Notes under the pieces: generated by a model
Seen by the model: only the letters and a program-made list of their open reading frames with translations
Told to the model about the DNA's origin: nothing
Database searches by the model: none
From: the human T2T-CHM13v2.0 reference genome, Homo sapiens
Direction: 5' to 3' (one strand)
DNA: 64,000 nt
Assembly: GCF_009914755.1 (NCBI RefSeq)
Contig: NC_060933.1
Made by a program: the position numbers and the translations under genes
Part shown: positions 1 through 21,083 of the stretch, piece after piece
How the letters are laid out: each line of letters begins with the position of its first letter
Position numbering within the stretch: position 1 is the first letter of the stretch

Positions 1-712
<712 letters not shown>

Positions 713-839
713 TAAATCCTACAGCCACTTATTACATGTACAAAGTCTTGTGGCTTTTGCAGTTTGGCGAGCAGGAGGGAATAGTGCGCGGCGGCTTTTT
801 CTCCCCTGTTGCTTGGGTGAGCAGGAGGGAGGGTTACAG

Positions 840-1963
<1,124 letters not shown>

Positions 1964-2239
1964 CTCTGAGCCTAAAACTCCTTATTTGTAAAATGTCAGT
2001 AATGTCTGTTACAGAGTTCTCTCAAACTAATGCTTGAGGGTAGGGACTGTATCCTATCCAGCATTTAGTTTCCAGCACTAGCAGAAGGACAGGCACATTC
2101 CCAATGCTGAATAAATAAGACAAAAATTTAATCAACAAAAATGAAGACAATCATATGTTATACTGTCCATCATCATTAATTAATTTTTAAAAAATTTAAA
2201 TAGCATATGTAGGATACCTTGCATATGCTTTGTATTCCT

Positions 2240-2380
2240 TTAAATGGTGCTGAAAAAGAAATGTCTGGTCCCAATTTAAAAGTAGTTAAATAAGAATCTC
2301 TGGAGATTAGACTTCAGAATCAGTACATTTTTTAGTTTGCCAGATGATTCTAATTAAAAGCCAGATTGGCAATCACTAAT
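2240..2380. mobile_element. Probable MER5-type DNA transposon relic
   Basis: agaatctctggag...aatcagtacattttt...ccagatgattctaat...ggcaatcact resembles MER5; heavily diverged. Confidence 0.45.
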
Positions 2381-2782
2381 CAAACTGCCTGTTATTTAAG
2401 GCTTTTCCACACTTTGGAACCATGGCATATGTTACACTCCCTGCATTGTCATATTTCATCTTCTCTGATGAAATGTTTCACCCTCTAGGGAGTCTTCCAA
2501 AACTGCCCCAGAGTAATCAAAGCCTTCCTCTCTGCAGTCCTTGCCACTTTCCCATACTGTAGTGCTTAGCTATTATATTGTAATCATTTGAGACCTTCTC
2601 AAAGTTTCCCAATGGCAGGAAACATGGTTCTATGTTTTAAAGAGAGAGACGGAGAGATGCCCAATGCCCAATAAAATAAAAATACTAGGAAGTTAATAAA
2701 TGAACATATGGAAGAAAAAATTAAAAGGATAATAAAAATTCAGTCCAAGAAACACATGTAACACATGGAATAAAAGAGAATG

Positions 2783-7371
<4,589 letters not shown>

Positions 7372-10300
7372 CACTGGCCCCACAGAAATACAAACAACCA
7401 TTAGAGAATATTATGAACACTTTCTGCACACAAACTAGAAAATCTAGAAGAAATGGATACATTCCTAGACACATACACCCTCTGAAGACTGAACCAGGAA
7501 GAAATTGAATCCCTGAACAGACCAATAATAAGCTCTGAAATTGAGTCAGAAATAGTCTACCAACATAAAAAAAGCCCAGGACCAAACAGACTTAGAGCTG
7601 AATTCTACAAGATGTACAAAGAATAGCTGGTACCATTCCTGCTGAAACTATTCCAAAAAATTGAGGAGGATGGACACCTCCATAACTCATTCTAAGAGGC
7701 CAGCATCATCCTGATAGCAAAACCTGGCAGAGACACAACAAAAAAAGAAAACTTCGGGTCAATACCCTTGATGAACATCAATGTACACATCCTCAACAAA
7801 ATACTTGCATACCAAATCCAGCAGCACATCAAAAAGCTTATCCACCACAATCAACTAGGCTTTATCCCTAGGATGCAAGGTTGGTTTGACACATGCAAAT
7901 AAATAAATGTGATTCATCACATAAATGAATTTGACACCCCTTCACATTAAAAACTCTCAATAAACTAGGTATTGAAGGAACACACCTCAAAATAATAAGA
8001 GCTGTCTATGACAAACCCACGGCCAACATTATACTGAATGAGCAAAAGCTGGAAGCATTCCCCTTGAAAACCAGCACAATACAAGCATGCCCTCCCTCAC
8101 CACTCCTATTCAACATAGTACTGGAAGTCCTGGCCGGCCAGGGCAATCAAGCAAGAGAAATAAATAAAGGGTATCCAAATAGGAAAAGAGGAAGTCAAAC
8201 TGAGAGGTGAAGCCAGCTGGGCTTCTGGGTCGGGTGGGGACTTTGAGAACTTTTGTGTCTAGCTAAAGGTTTGTAAACGCACCAATCAGCACTCTGTAAA
8301 AACCCACCAGTCAGCACTCGGTGTCTAGCTAAAGGTTTGTAAATGCACCAATTAGCATTCTAGAAAAGGACCAATCAGCACTCTGTAAAATGGACCAATC
8401 AGCGCTCTGTAAAATGGACCAATCGGCAGGATGTGGGTGGAGCCAAATAAGGGAATAAAAGCTGGCTACCCCAGCCAGCAGCGGCAACCCGCTGGGGCTC
8501 CCTTCCGCTCTGTGGAAGCTTTGTTCTTTCGCTCTTCACAATAAATCTTGCTGCTGCTCACTCTTTGGGTTCACACTACCTTTTATGAGCTGTAACTCTC
8601 ACTGTGAAGGTCTGTGGCTTCACTCCTGAAGTCAGCAAGACCACAAACCCACCAGAAGGAAGAAACTCCAGACACATCTGAACATCAGAAGGAACAAACT
8701 CCGGACACACCATCTTTAAGAACTGTAACCCTCACCACGAGGGTCCAGAAGGAAGAAACTCCAGACATATCTGAACATCAGAAGGAACAAACTCCGGACA
8801 CACCATCTTTAAAAACTGTAACACTCACCACGAGGGTCTGCAGCTTCATTCTTGAAGTCAGTGAGACCAAGAACCCACCAGAAGGAACCAATTCCAGACA
8901 CAAAACTATCCCTGTTTGCAGACAACATGATTCTATATCTAGAAAACCCCATAGTCTCAACCCAAAACATTCTTAAGCTGATAAACAACTTCAGCAAAGT
9001 CTCAAGATACAAAATCAATGTGTAAATATCACTAACATTCGTACACACCAATTCCAGTCAAGCCAAAGCCAAATCAGGACTCATTCCCATTCACAAATGC
9101 CAAAAAAAGAATAAAATACCTAAGAATACATCTAACCAGGAAGGTTAAAGATCTCTATAAGAAGAATTACAAAACACTGCTCAAAGAAATCAGAGAAGAC
9201 ACAAACAAATGGGAAAACACTCCATGTTCATGAATAGGAAGAATCAATATCATAAAATGGCCATATTGCCCAAAGTAATTTATAGATTCAATGCTATTCC
9301 TGTTAAACTACCATTGAGATTCTTCACAGAACTGAAAAAAAAAAAAAAACTACTTTAAAGTTCATATGGAACCAAAAAAGAGCCTGAATAGCCAAGGCAA
9401 TCCTAAGCAAAAATAACAAAGCTGAAGGCATTGTACTACCTGACTTCAGACTATACTACCGGGCTATAGCAACGAAAACAGCATGGTAAGGGTATGAAAA
9501 CAGACCTATAGACCAATGGAACAGAAGAGGGAGCCCAGAAATGAGGCTGCACACCTATAGCTATCTGATCTTCAACAAACCTGACAAAAACAAGCAATGG
9601 GGAAAAGATTCACTATTCAATAAATGGTGTTGGGATAACCAGCGAGCCATATGCAGAAGATTGAAACTGGACCCCTTTCTTATATCATATACAAAAAATT
9701 AACTCAAGATGGATTAGAGACTTAAATGTAAAGCACGAAACTATAAAAGCTCTGGAAGAAAACCTAGACAATACTATTCAGGACACAGGCCACAGGCACA
9801 GGCAAAGATTTCGTTACAAAGATGCCAAAAGCAATTGCAACACAAGCAAAAATTGACAAATGGGATCTAATTAAACTAAAGAGCTACTGCACAGCAAAAC
9901 AAAATTATATATATAAACATATATAAAATTATATACATAATAAAATTATATATATATTATATATGTATATATAAACAGAGTGAACAGACAGCCTGCAGAA
10001 TGGGAGAAAATTTTTGCAAACTATGCAACTGACAAAGGTCTAATATCTAGTATCTATAAGAAACTTAAATTTACGAGAAAAAAGAAAAAACCCCATGAAA
10101 AAGTGGACAAAGGACATGAACAGACACTTTTCAAAAGAATATATACATATGGCCAACAATCATGAAAAAGATGCTCAACATCACTGATTATTGGAGAAAT
10201 ACAAATCAAAATCACAATGAGGTACCATCCCACACCAGTCAGAATGGCTACTAATAAAAAGTCAAAAAATAACAGATGCTGGTGAGGTTGTAGAGAAAAA

Positions 10301-10938
10301 GGAATGTTTATACACTGTTGGTTGGAGTGTAAATTAGTTCAACCATTGTGGAAGATAGTGTGGTGATTCCTCCAAGATGTAAAGACAGAAATACCATTCA
10401 ACCCAGCAACCCATTACTGGGTATATATTTGAAGGAATATAAATTGTTCTATTATAAAAACACTTGCACATGTATGTTCATTGCAGCACTATTCACAATA
10501 GCAAAGACATGGAATCAACCTAAATGTTCATCACTTATAGACTGGATAATGAAAATGTGGTACATATACGCCACGGAATACTATGCCACCCTAAAAATGA
10601 ATGAGGTCATGTCCTTTGCAAGAACATGGATGGAGCTGGAGGCCATTATCCTTATCAAACTAATGCTGGAATAGAAAACTGAATACCACATGTTCTTCAT
10701 AAGTGGGAGCTAAATGATGAGAACACATGGACATACAGAGAGAAACAACATACACTGGAGCCTATTGGAGGGTGGAGGGTAGGGGTACACGGAGAGGATC
10801 AGGAAAAATAACTATGGGTACTAGGCTTAATGCCTGAGTGACCTAATAATCTGTACTACAAACTCCCATGACACAAGTTTACCTATATAACAAACTTGTA
10901 CAGGTACCCCTGAAATTAGAATAAAAGTTTAAAAAAAA
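7372..10938 (+). mobile_element. 5'-truncated L1PA (L1PA13-16-like) nested in the older L1
   Basis: ORF2 remnant through a primate-type 3' UTR with aataaaagtttaaaaaaa tail; degenerate TSD aagaaactgtagtata / aagaaaatgtggtata. Confidence 0.85.
8201..8902 (+). mobile_element. LTR12 (ERV9) solo LTR, LTR12F-like
   Basis: Starts tgagaggtgaagccagctgg, has repeated ccaatcagc enhancer units, ends attccagacaca; 4-bp TSD aaac (8197-8200 / 8903-8906) splits L1 ORF2 sequence gaagtcaaac|tatccctgtttgcagac. Confidence 0.93.
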
Positions 10939-11700
<762 letters not shown>

Positions 11701-12005
11701 TTAAAAAATGAAAAAATATTTTCCCAACATGCAAAAATGAAAGGCATTTTTCACTACTATACCAGCCTTACAAGAAATGCTTAAGAAAGTGCTCCAACTG
11801 GAAGTGAAAGGACAATAATCACTGTCATGAAAACATATGAAAGTATAAAACTCACTGGTAGAGATAAATTCATAATCAAATTCAGAATACTGCATTACTG
11901 TAATGGTGATGTATAAATCTTTCAAATATCTAGTACGAAAGTTAAAAGTCAGTATGGTCTAAAATAACTATAGCAACAATAGGTTGTTAAAGAATAGAAA
12001 ATGTA

Positions 12006-12815
<810 letters not shown>

Positions 12816-13616
12816 TCAAAGCTTAGCACTCCTGAAAATTACTAAAGCACAAAGGTAAGCAACAAGAGAGGGAAAAAGAAACAAAGAATCTATAAAATGA
12901 TCAGAAAATGATAAACAGAATGGCAGGAGTAGGTTCTTACCTATCAATAACAACCTTGAATATAAATGGATTAAATTCTCTAATCAAAAGACAGGTGGCT
13001 GAATGGGTTTTAAAAAAGATCCAACTATATGCTCCTTATAAGAGAACCATTTTAGTTTTAAGGGCACATGTAGACTGAAAAGTAAAGGGATGGAAGAAGA
13101 TATTCCATGGAAATAGTAACCATAACAATTATAAGTAGATATGCACCCAACATTGAAGCACCTAAAGTTATAAACAAATATTAATGAACAAGAACAAAGA
13201 AATAGCCAAACAATAATAGCAAGAGACTTCATTACTCTTCTTTCAACAATAAACAGACCAACCAAACAGAAAGTTAACAAGGAAATACTGGATTTCAGCT
13301 ACACTTTGACCAAATGGACCTAACAAATATATATAGAACTTTTCATCCAACAGCACCAGAATATACCTTTTTTTCTAGTGTGTATGGAACATTCTCCAGA
13401 ATATACCATGTGTTAGGCCACAAAACAAATCTTAACAAATTCAGAAAAATTAAAATCATATCTAGAATTTTTTCCTGATCACAATAGTATGAAACTAGAA
13501 ATAAATAATAGGAGGAACCTTAAAAATTTTACTAATATGTGTAAATTAAACAACATGTTCTGGAACAACTACTGGATCAAAGAAGAAATCAAAAAGAAAA
13601 TTTTAAAAATAACTTA

Positions 13617-13813
13617 CAGCCTAGGCAACAAAGGAAAACCCATCTCTACAAAAGTGAAAAACATTAGCCAGATGTGGTGGCACATGCCTATAGCCCCAAC
13701 TACTTGGGAGGCTGAAGTGAGAGGGTCACTTGAGGCTGGGAGGTCTAGGCTGCAGTGAGCTGTGATCACAGCACTGCACTCCAGTCTGGGTGACAGAGCA
13801 AGATCCTGTTTCA
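13617..13813 (+). mobile_element. AluJ, 5'-truncated
   Basis: AluJ features aggctgcagtgagctgtgatc and agcaagatcctgt. Confidence 0.88.
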
Positions 13814-14135
13814 AATATATATACACATACATATACATATATATATGTATGTGTATATATACACATATGTACATATATACATATACATATATACACATAC
13901 ATATACATCTATACATGTGGGTATATATACACATGTACATGTATGCACATGTATATATACATATGTACATATGTGTATGTACATATATCTATACATACAT
14001 ATGTATATGCGTGTATGTATAAACACATGCATATATACATATAAATATATTTGGTATGTTGTGTTTCCATTGTCATGTGTCTCAGATAGATATAGAGATA
14101 GATAGATAGATATAGAAAGAGATATATAAAATATA
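13814..14135. repeat. Complex (TA/CA/TG)n and (GATA)n-like microsatellite
   Basis: Alternating purine-pyrimidine tract 13814-14050 and GATA-like tract 14085-14135. Confidence 0.9.
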
Positions 14136-15867
14136 TCCTAGACATATGACAATAGAAACACAACATACCAAATCTATGGGATGCAGCAAAAGCAGTTCTA
14201 AAAGGAATGTTTATAGCCATAAATGTCTACTTAATGTAGGCATTTATTCAAAAATGAAGAAAGATCCCAAATAAATAGCCTAGCATTATATCTCAAGGAG
14301 CTAGAAAAAGAACAACAAAGTAAACCCAAAATTGACAGAAGGAAGGAAATAGTAAAAGTCAGAACAGAAATAAATCAAATGGAAAACAGAAAAAACATAT
14401 GAAAGTCAATAGAACAAAAATTTGATTATTTGAAAAATTGAACAAAATTGACAAACCTCTAGCTAGACTAAGAAATACAGGAAAGACTTAAATGAAATGA
14501 AACGTGAGTGAAAACATTACAACAGGTGCCTCAGAAATGAAAAAAATCATAAGAAACTATTATAAACAATTATATACCAACAAATTTAACAACCTAAAGG
14601 AAATTGATACATACATTTCTAGAAAAATATAACATTCCAAGATTGAGTCAGGAAGAAATAGAAAGCTTGAACAGACAAATAACAAATAAAGGAATTGAAA
14701 ATCATTTAAATCCTCCCAATAAAGAAAAGCAGGAAGATTTCATGGTTGAATTCTACCACATATTCAAATAATTACTACCAATACTTCTTAAACCTTCATT
14801 AAATAGAGCTAGAGGGAATACTTCCAAAAATATTTTACAAGACCAGCATCACCCTGATATATATGCCACACAAGGACACTGCAAGAAAAGACAACTATAG
14901 GCCAATACCTCTGATGAACATCAGTGCAAAAATCCTCCATAAAATATTAGCAAACCAAATTCAACAACACATCAGAAAGATTATGCATCATGACCAAGTA
15001 GGACTTTTCGTTGGCATTCAAGTCTGGTTTAACATATGCAAATCAATCAAAGTGATACATCACATTAACAGAATAAAAGATAAAAACCATATGATCATCT
15101 CAACTGACATGGAAAAAGCATTTGACAATATTCGTCATCCTTTCTTGATAAAAATCCTTCACAGTTTAGTACAGAAGGAAAGATCTTCAACATAATAAAA
15201 GCCACTTATAAAAAAAAACTACATCTAACATCATAATCAATGGGGCACAACTGAAAGCTTTTCTGCTAAGATCTGGTAAAAGGCAGAGATATTCACTTTC
15301 ACCATTTCTATTCATTATAGCACCATTAGTACTAGCAAGTACAGTCAGACAAGAAAAAAAATAAAAGGTATCCAAATAAAAAGAAACAAGTAAAATTATC
15401 TCTATTTGCAGATGACCTAATTCCATATGTCAGAAGTTAATCTAGCTAGAACTAACTAGAACCCCAAAGATTCTACCACAAAAAGTGTTAGAACTAATAA
15501 ATGAATTCAACAGTTACAAAGTACAAAAATAACATAAAAAATCAGTAGCATTTCTATACACAAATAACAATCTAACTGAAAAAAAATCAAGAAAATCATA
15601 TTATTTATGACAGTATACAAAAATTGAGAAATAAATTTAACAAAGGAGGTAAAATAATTTTATACTAAATACTGTAAAACATTGATGAAAGTAATCAAAG
15701 AAGACACAAGTAAATGGAAAGATACCCCACATTCATAGATGGAACAGATTAATATTTTTAAAATGTCCATACTACCCAAAGCAATATATAGATTTAACAC
15801 AATTTCAATCAAAATTCCAATGGCATTCTTCAGAAACAATTGTTTTAACTCCTGTTATAATATGGAA

Positions 15868-15916
15868 CCACACACACAAGCACACACACATGCGTGCACA
15901 CACCCACACACACACA
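15868..15916. repeat. Degenerate (CA)n
   Basis: cacacacacaagcacacacacatgcgtgcacacacccacacacaca inside L1. Confidence 0.8.
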
Positions 15917-18076
15917 GCCAAAGCAATACTGAGGGGAAAAAAGCAGGTTAGAGGCATCACAGTTCCTGATTTAAAATGTATTACAAAGCTATAGTAATCA
16001 AAACCATATGGTACTTGCATACAAACAGAAAGAAAGATCAATTGAATAAAACAGAGTTCCCAGAACTAAATCCAAACACGTATGTCAACTAATTTTTAAC
16101 AAGGGTACCAAGAGGACACAACAAGGATTGGGTAGTTTTTCAACAAATGGTGCTGAGAAAACTGGATTTCTACGGGCAAAAGAATGAAATCGGACTCTTA
16201 CACCACACACAAAATTCAACTCAAAATGAATAAAATACCTAAATGTAAGACCTGAAATCATAAAATACCTAGAAAAGAACATAGGGAAAAGCTCCTCAAC
16301 ATTGGTCTTGGCAATGAGTTTTTGTATATCATACCAAAAGTTCTTACTGCAAAAATAAAAATAAATAAGTGATATTAAATCTAACAAAAAACACATTTTT
16401 ATAGAAAAGGAAACAATCAGCAAAACGAAAGGCAACCTACTGACTGGCAAAAATAATTGCAATTGATAAGGGGTTAACATCCAAAATTTATAAGGAACTG
16501 TTGCAACTCAATGGCAGAAAAATGAATAACCTGATTTTAAAATGGGGAAGGAACTTAGACATTTTTTAAAGACATAAAAATGGCCAATAGGTATATGAAA
16601 ATGTGTTCAACACTACTAATTATAAAGGAAATGCAAATTAAAACACCATGAGATATCACCTCACATCTGTGTGATTGGCTATTATCAAAAGATAAGAGAT
16701 AACAAATGTTGGCAAGGGTGTGGACAAAAGGGAACCCTAGTTCACTGTTGGTAGGAATGTAGACTGGTATAGCCATTATGGAAAACACTGTGGAGGTTCT
16801 AAAGAAATTAAAAATAGAACTACCATATGACCCTGCAATCCCTCTTCTGGGTCCATACCCAAAGGAAATAAAATCGCCACCTGGTAGATATCTGTACTAC
16901 TGTGTTCATTGCAGCATTATTCACAATAGTCAAGATACAGAAACAGCCTAAATGCCCACTGATGGGTAAAGAAAATGTGATGTCTATCCACAATGAAATA
17001 TTATTCAGCCTTTTAAAAAAAGAGAGAGAGAGAGAGAGATTCTGTCATTTGCCACAACATGGAGGGACCTGAAGGACATTACAGTAAGCCAGACATAGAA
17101 AAATATTGCAGGATCTTATTCATTTGTGGAATTTTTTTTTGAAAGAAAGGTCATATACACAGAGATGGAGAATGGAACATTGGTAACCACAGGTGGGAGG
17201 AGATGGGATGGAAAAGAATTGGGGAGATGAAGATCAAAGGATACAAAATAGCAGATATGTAAGATGAGCAATTCTAGACATACAATGTGAGTACTGAAGT
17301 TAATAAAATTCATTGTATTGGGGTTTTTTGTTTAAATAAGTAGATTGTATCTGTTCTTGTCACACAAAATAGTAACTATGCAAGATGGTTTATTAATCAG
17401 CTTCACTATAGTAACCATTTACCATCTATATATATATCCCAAAACATCATGTTGTAAACCTCAAACCCCAAAAAAAATTATTTAAAAAAAAGAGTAAGAT
17501 TTATTTAGATTTTTAAATTCCCAAACAAAAATGTCAAATGCTTTGGCAGAGGAGGGGAAAAGCAGCTAATCTTTAAGCCTAAAAAAGAGAAAAGGAAGTA
17601 AAAGAATTTAATAAAATACACTAAAGAGGTCATTAGGTCTGAGTAAAGCAAATATTCACATCAACATTTATCTCTAATATTAAGTTAAAGAGAAAATATA
17701 TTAGTTGACTAAAGTCTACTTGGAGAATATTGGCAATTCTCTCTGTTTCAAAAGCAATATATGATCTTATTCATAATGTTTTTCTTGCATAACAATTTCC
17801 ACTTGGAATGATTTTTGAGTTGTAATATATGGTGATGTTTCTTAAGATAGCATCGCCCCTCTAATTGTATATTCCTATCCCAATTCTGCACTATAAACTC
17901 AGATTGTAAGAGTAAATTTTTAAGTAATTTTATATATACGGTGGTGATTTCTAGAACACGGTCAACACACCTTGGAAAATAAAAGTTGTTTTTTGTTTAT
18001 TTTTGGTTTTGCCACAGAGGAAATTCAATTTGTAGCACAGATGAAAAGACTGATTCAAAATCCAAATTCAGAATCA

Positions 18077-18373
18077 CCCAGCACTTTGGGAGGCCAAGAC
18101 AGGAGGATGGCTTGAGCTCAAGAGTTGGCTGACTGCCTGCGGAACATAGCAAGACCTCATCTTTACATTAAAAAAAGAAAAGAAAAGAAAAGGAAAAAAA
18201 AAACTGAAAATTAGCCTGGGCAAGGTGACATGTACCTCTGGTACTAGCTACTCAGAAGGCCGAATTGGGGGTTTGAGGGGAATATTGCTTAAGCCCAGGA
18301 ATTCCAGGCTGCAGTGAGATATGATCACACCATTGCATTCCAGCCTAAGAGACAGAGCAAGACCCTGTCTCTA
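18077..18373 (+). mobile_element. AluJ, slightly 5'-truncated, essentially tail-less
   Basis: AluJ body with an expanded middle A-rich linker; 13-bp TSD aaattcagaatca (18064-18076 / 18374-18386). Confidence 0.88.
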
Positions 18374-20048
18374 AAATTCAGAATCAAAATTGCAATTCTC
18401 CTTCAGAGAAATATCAGCATCATTAATAGGCAAAATAACCTTTTTTATAATAATTTTTTAAGAATGTCTCACAGTTCCTCTTGTCCTCCTGAAATACTTC
18501 CTTGTATTTAATTTATTCCTCAAACTGACTCTGAAATTAATATAGGAAATATAGATAAACAACAGACTTAAACGGTGGCTGCAATTTACGACCTGTGTGA
18601 CTTTTATATAAGCCTAAATTTTCTTATCCACCTTATAGAGCCATCTGGAGCTAATCCCAGAATGCAGAGAAAATATCATATCCAGAATTGAATCCCCAGC
18701 CCCTAACATGCACTTACACAGTGCTGAATACATGAGAGCAGTAATCAACATAAAAATGAAGGCAACACACATATTACATTATTTATAGGCATTACTTAAT
18801 GAAAACAATTTTTAAAAGACAATTTACATATGACAGCTAGTACACCACATGGTATATGTAACGCATTAATTAAGTAATATTGCCTAACCCATCCATTGTT
18901 TTTCTCATTTGCTCTCTGATTCTTGAAATTAAGGACATTAAGCAAGGATTCTGGTGTCTGTATCTGAATGAGGCAATGAGAGACAATTATTTGTTGCACT
19001 TGCCACCAGCATTAATTAATGAATAAGAACTTAAAAGATAATATGTAAATTACCTAGTTACCTAACACATTTTATGGTAATATTATGCATTATTTAAATA
19101 TGACTTCTCATCTCCCCCCTTATCTTTCTCATTTGTCCTCTGAGTTCTGGAAATAAAGTAGTTAATCATAAATTCCTGGTGGTTTGAATAAGGCACAGAG
19201 AGGAGGGAGCATTAGCAGGAAGTGATCAAAGAGGACTGCTAAAGGAGATGAACTCTGAGGGTCAGTTTTCATTTTGCCTGCTCAAGGAAGGAATGGGCTA
19301 CAGGTGAACTAAGGGTGGAAAGAGACTAAAAGGCTAGATTTTTATTTAGAGGATGAAAATAAAATATAACGAGACCCTCCCATGAGCCATCTGCTTTCAC
19401 ATAATGCCTCATTTAACCTTTAATGGGCTAATAAAACACTCAAATCTATTGAATTATTCCATGCTATTTAACACTTATGATATGCTCACCTCTGGCCTCA
19501 GGGGGATTTCAAATTTTTTATTCATTGTCTCATATTCTCCATTGGAAATATCAGTCTACTTTGATTTTGAGGTGTATTAGGAAATCATATAGGTCGGATC
19601 AGCATGGAAGCCAACACAGAGAAAGAGAGAGGTACACTCTAGTCATAAAATGTAAAGGGGAGGACTTCCGATTTCTGTTGCTGTCACTTTGGCTGAATAA
19701 GCTCCTATCAGACCCAAGCACCTCAGAAATGACAACTACAAACTCTCTGCAAAATTTTTTAAGAGTATCACTTAGAAGAAGTAACATTTTGGTGTGAGTT
19801 TCACATTTTTATGGCTATAGACTGACTAGGCACAGCATAGGTTTGGAAATTCTGATAATAAAATGGCTCTTTATGGACAAACCAGCAGAATTCTGGAGAA
19901 ACAGCCACCATAAAGTAAGGGAGGAATTCCAGAACGCAGATTCCCAGCAGAGGAAACATCAAATTCTGTGTAAAAACTTGCCCCAGTTCTCTGATTGACC
20001 CCTGCACCATAAAGGCACAATCCAGCTAAATACCAATATGTATATATA

Positions 20049-20361
20049 CAGGGATCCCTTGGTATCTGTGAGGGATGGATTCCAGGACTCCCATGGATAC
20101 CCAAATCCATGGATGTTCAAGTTCCTTATATAAGATGGCAAAGTATTTGCACAGAATCCACACTCATTTTCTCATATACTTTGAATCATCTCTAGGTTAC
20201 TTATAATACCTACTACTATGTAAATGCTATGTAAACACCTGTTAAGCTGTATTTTTAATTCATATTATATTGTTATTTCTATTGGCTTTTGCCTGAATAT
20301 TTTTGATCCAAATTTGTTGAATCCAAGTTACGTGAAACCCATAAGCATGGAGGGCTGACTG
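20049..20361 (+). mobile_element. MER2 (Tigger-family) non-autonomous DNA transposon
   Basis: cagggatcccttggtatctg ... ggagggctgactg terminal inverted repeat remnants, TA flanks at both ends. Confidence 0.85.
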
Positions 20362-20529
20362 TAAAAACATAAATATAGATATAGAGATAGAGATAGAGAT
20401 CTTGAACTGAGATGTGTATTGGTAACAAAAAGATCAAGTTTGTAGTTGGAGTCCAACCTGATTGCCCCTAAAGCAAAAACATCAAAACCATTTAGAGGAA
20501 TGTAATGGTATTCAGAGCCTCCACAATAT

Positions 20530-21083
20530 TGTTCTAGGACAACCAGGTTTGCCTGTCATATGGGTAACAGACCAATGCACCGAAACAGTGGGAGTTGCAG
20601 CAGAGAAAGAGTATAATGATTGTATGGTAGCCAAATAAGAAAGTGGAAAGGAACCTTAAATCCACCTCACCAAGGAGTTTTGGCCTAGAATTTTTAGGGA
20701 ATTTTGGCAAATAGGGGGCTGAGGAGCTAATTGCTTAGGGTGTGTGGAATGCAATCTTTAATAAAGATGTAAAAACTACATTTTGGGGCTGAATTACTTC
20801 CTCAGAGAGGGTCTTCAGACTGGCTGGCATCGATGGACCCATTGGAATGCAGGATCTGGAAAATATCTCAAAATGGAAAACTTGACATTTCTTAACATTA
20901 AAGATGTTATCTACAGAAGTTAGGACCTTATGGCAGGGGCTATGTGACTTTTAAGTAGTAATCAGCTGTACAGAAGTGGGCCATAGAGCAGTCTGGTTAA
21001 TGCTTTGCTATGTTTCTACTTAAAGCTTATGCTTTTGTTAAACTTAGCAATTTAGTTTTATCAATTTTATTAGGATGGCTTCA
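20530..21083 (-). mobile_element. ERV1 (MER4-group-like) solo LTR
   Basis: TG...CA termini with 4-bp TSD atat (20526-20529 / 21084-21087); gcagcagagaaagagtataat segment typical of antisense MER4-group LTRs. Confidence 0.75.

Noticed and set aside
8270-8430. Regularly spaced short repeats that superficially resemble a CRISPR array
   Set aside because: They are LTR12 enhancer repeats without unique spacers, in eukaryotic DNA.
8614-8976. 120-aa ORF with a 31-aa internal repeat
   Set aside because: Non-ATG start inside LTR12 U5; the repeat is just the 93-bp DNA duplication.
13614-14220. Stack of Y/I/H/T/C-rich ORFs on both strands
   Set aside because: Artefact of the (TA/CA)n microsatellite, which lacks stop codons.
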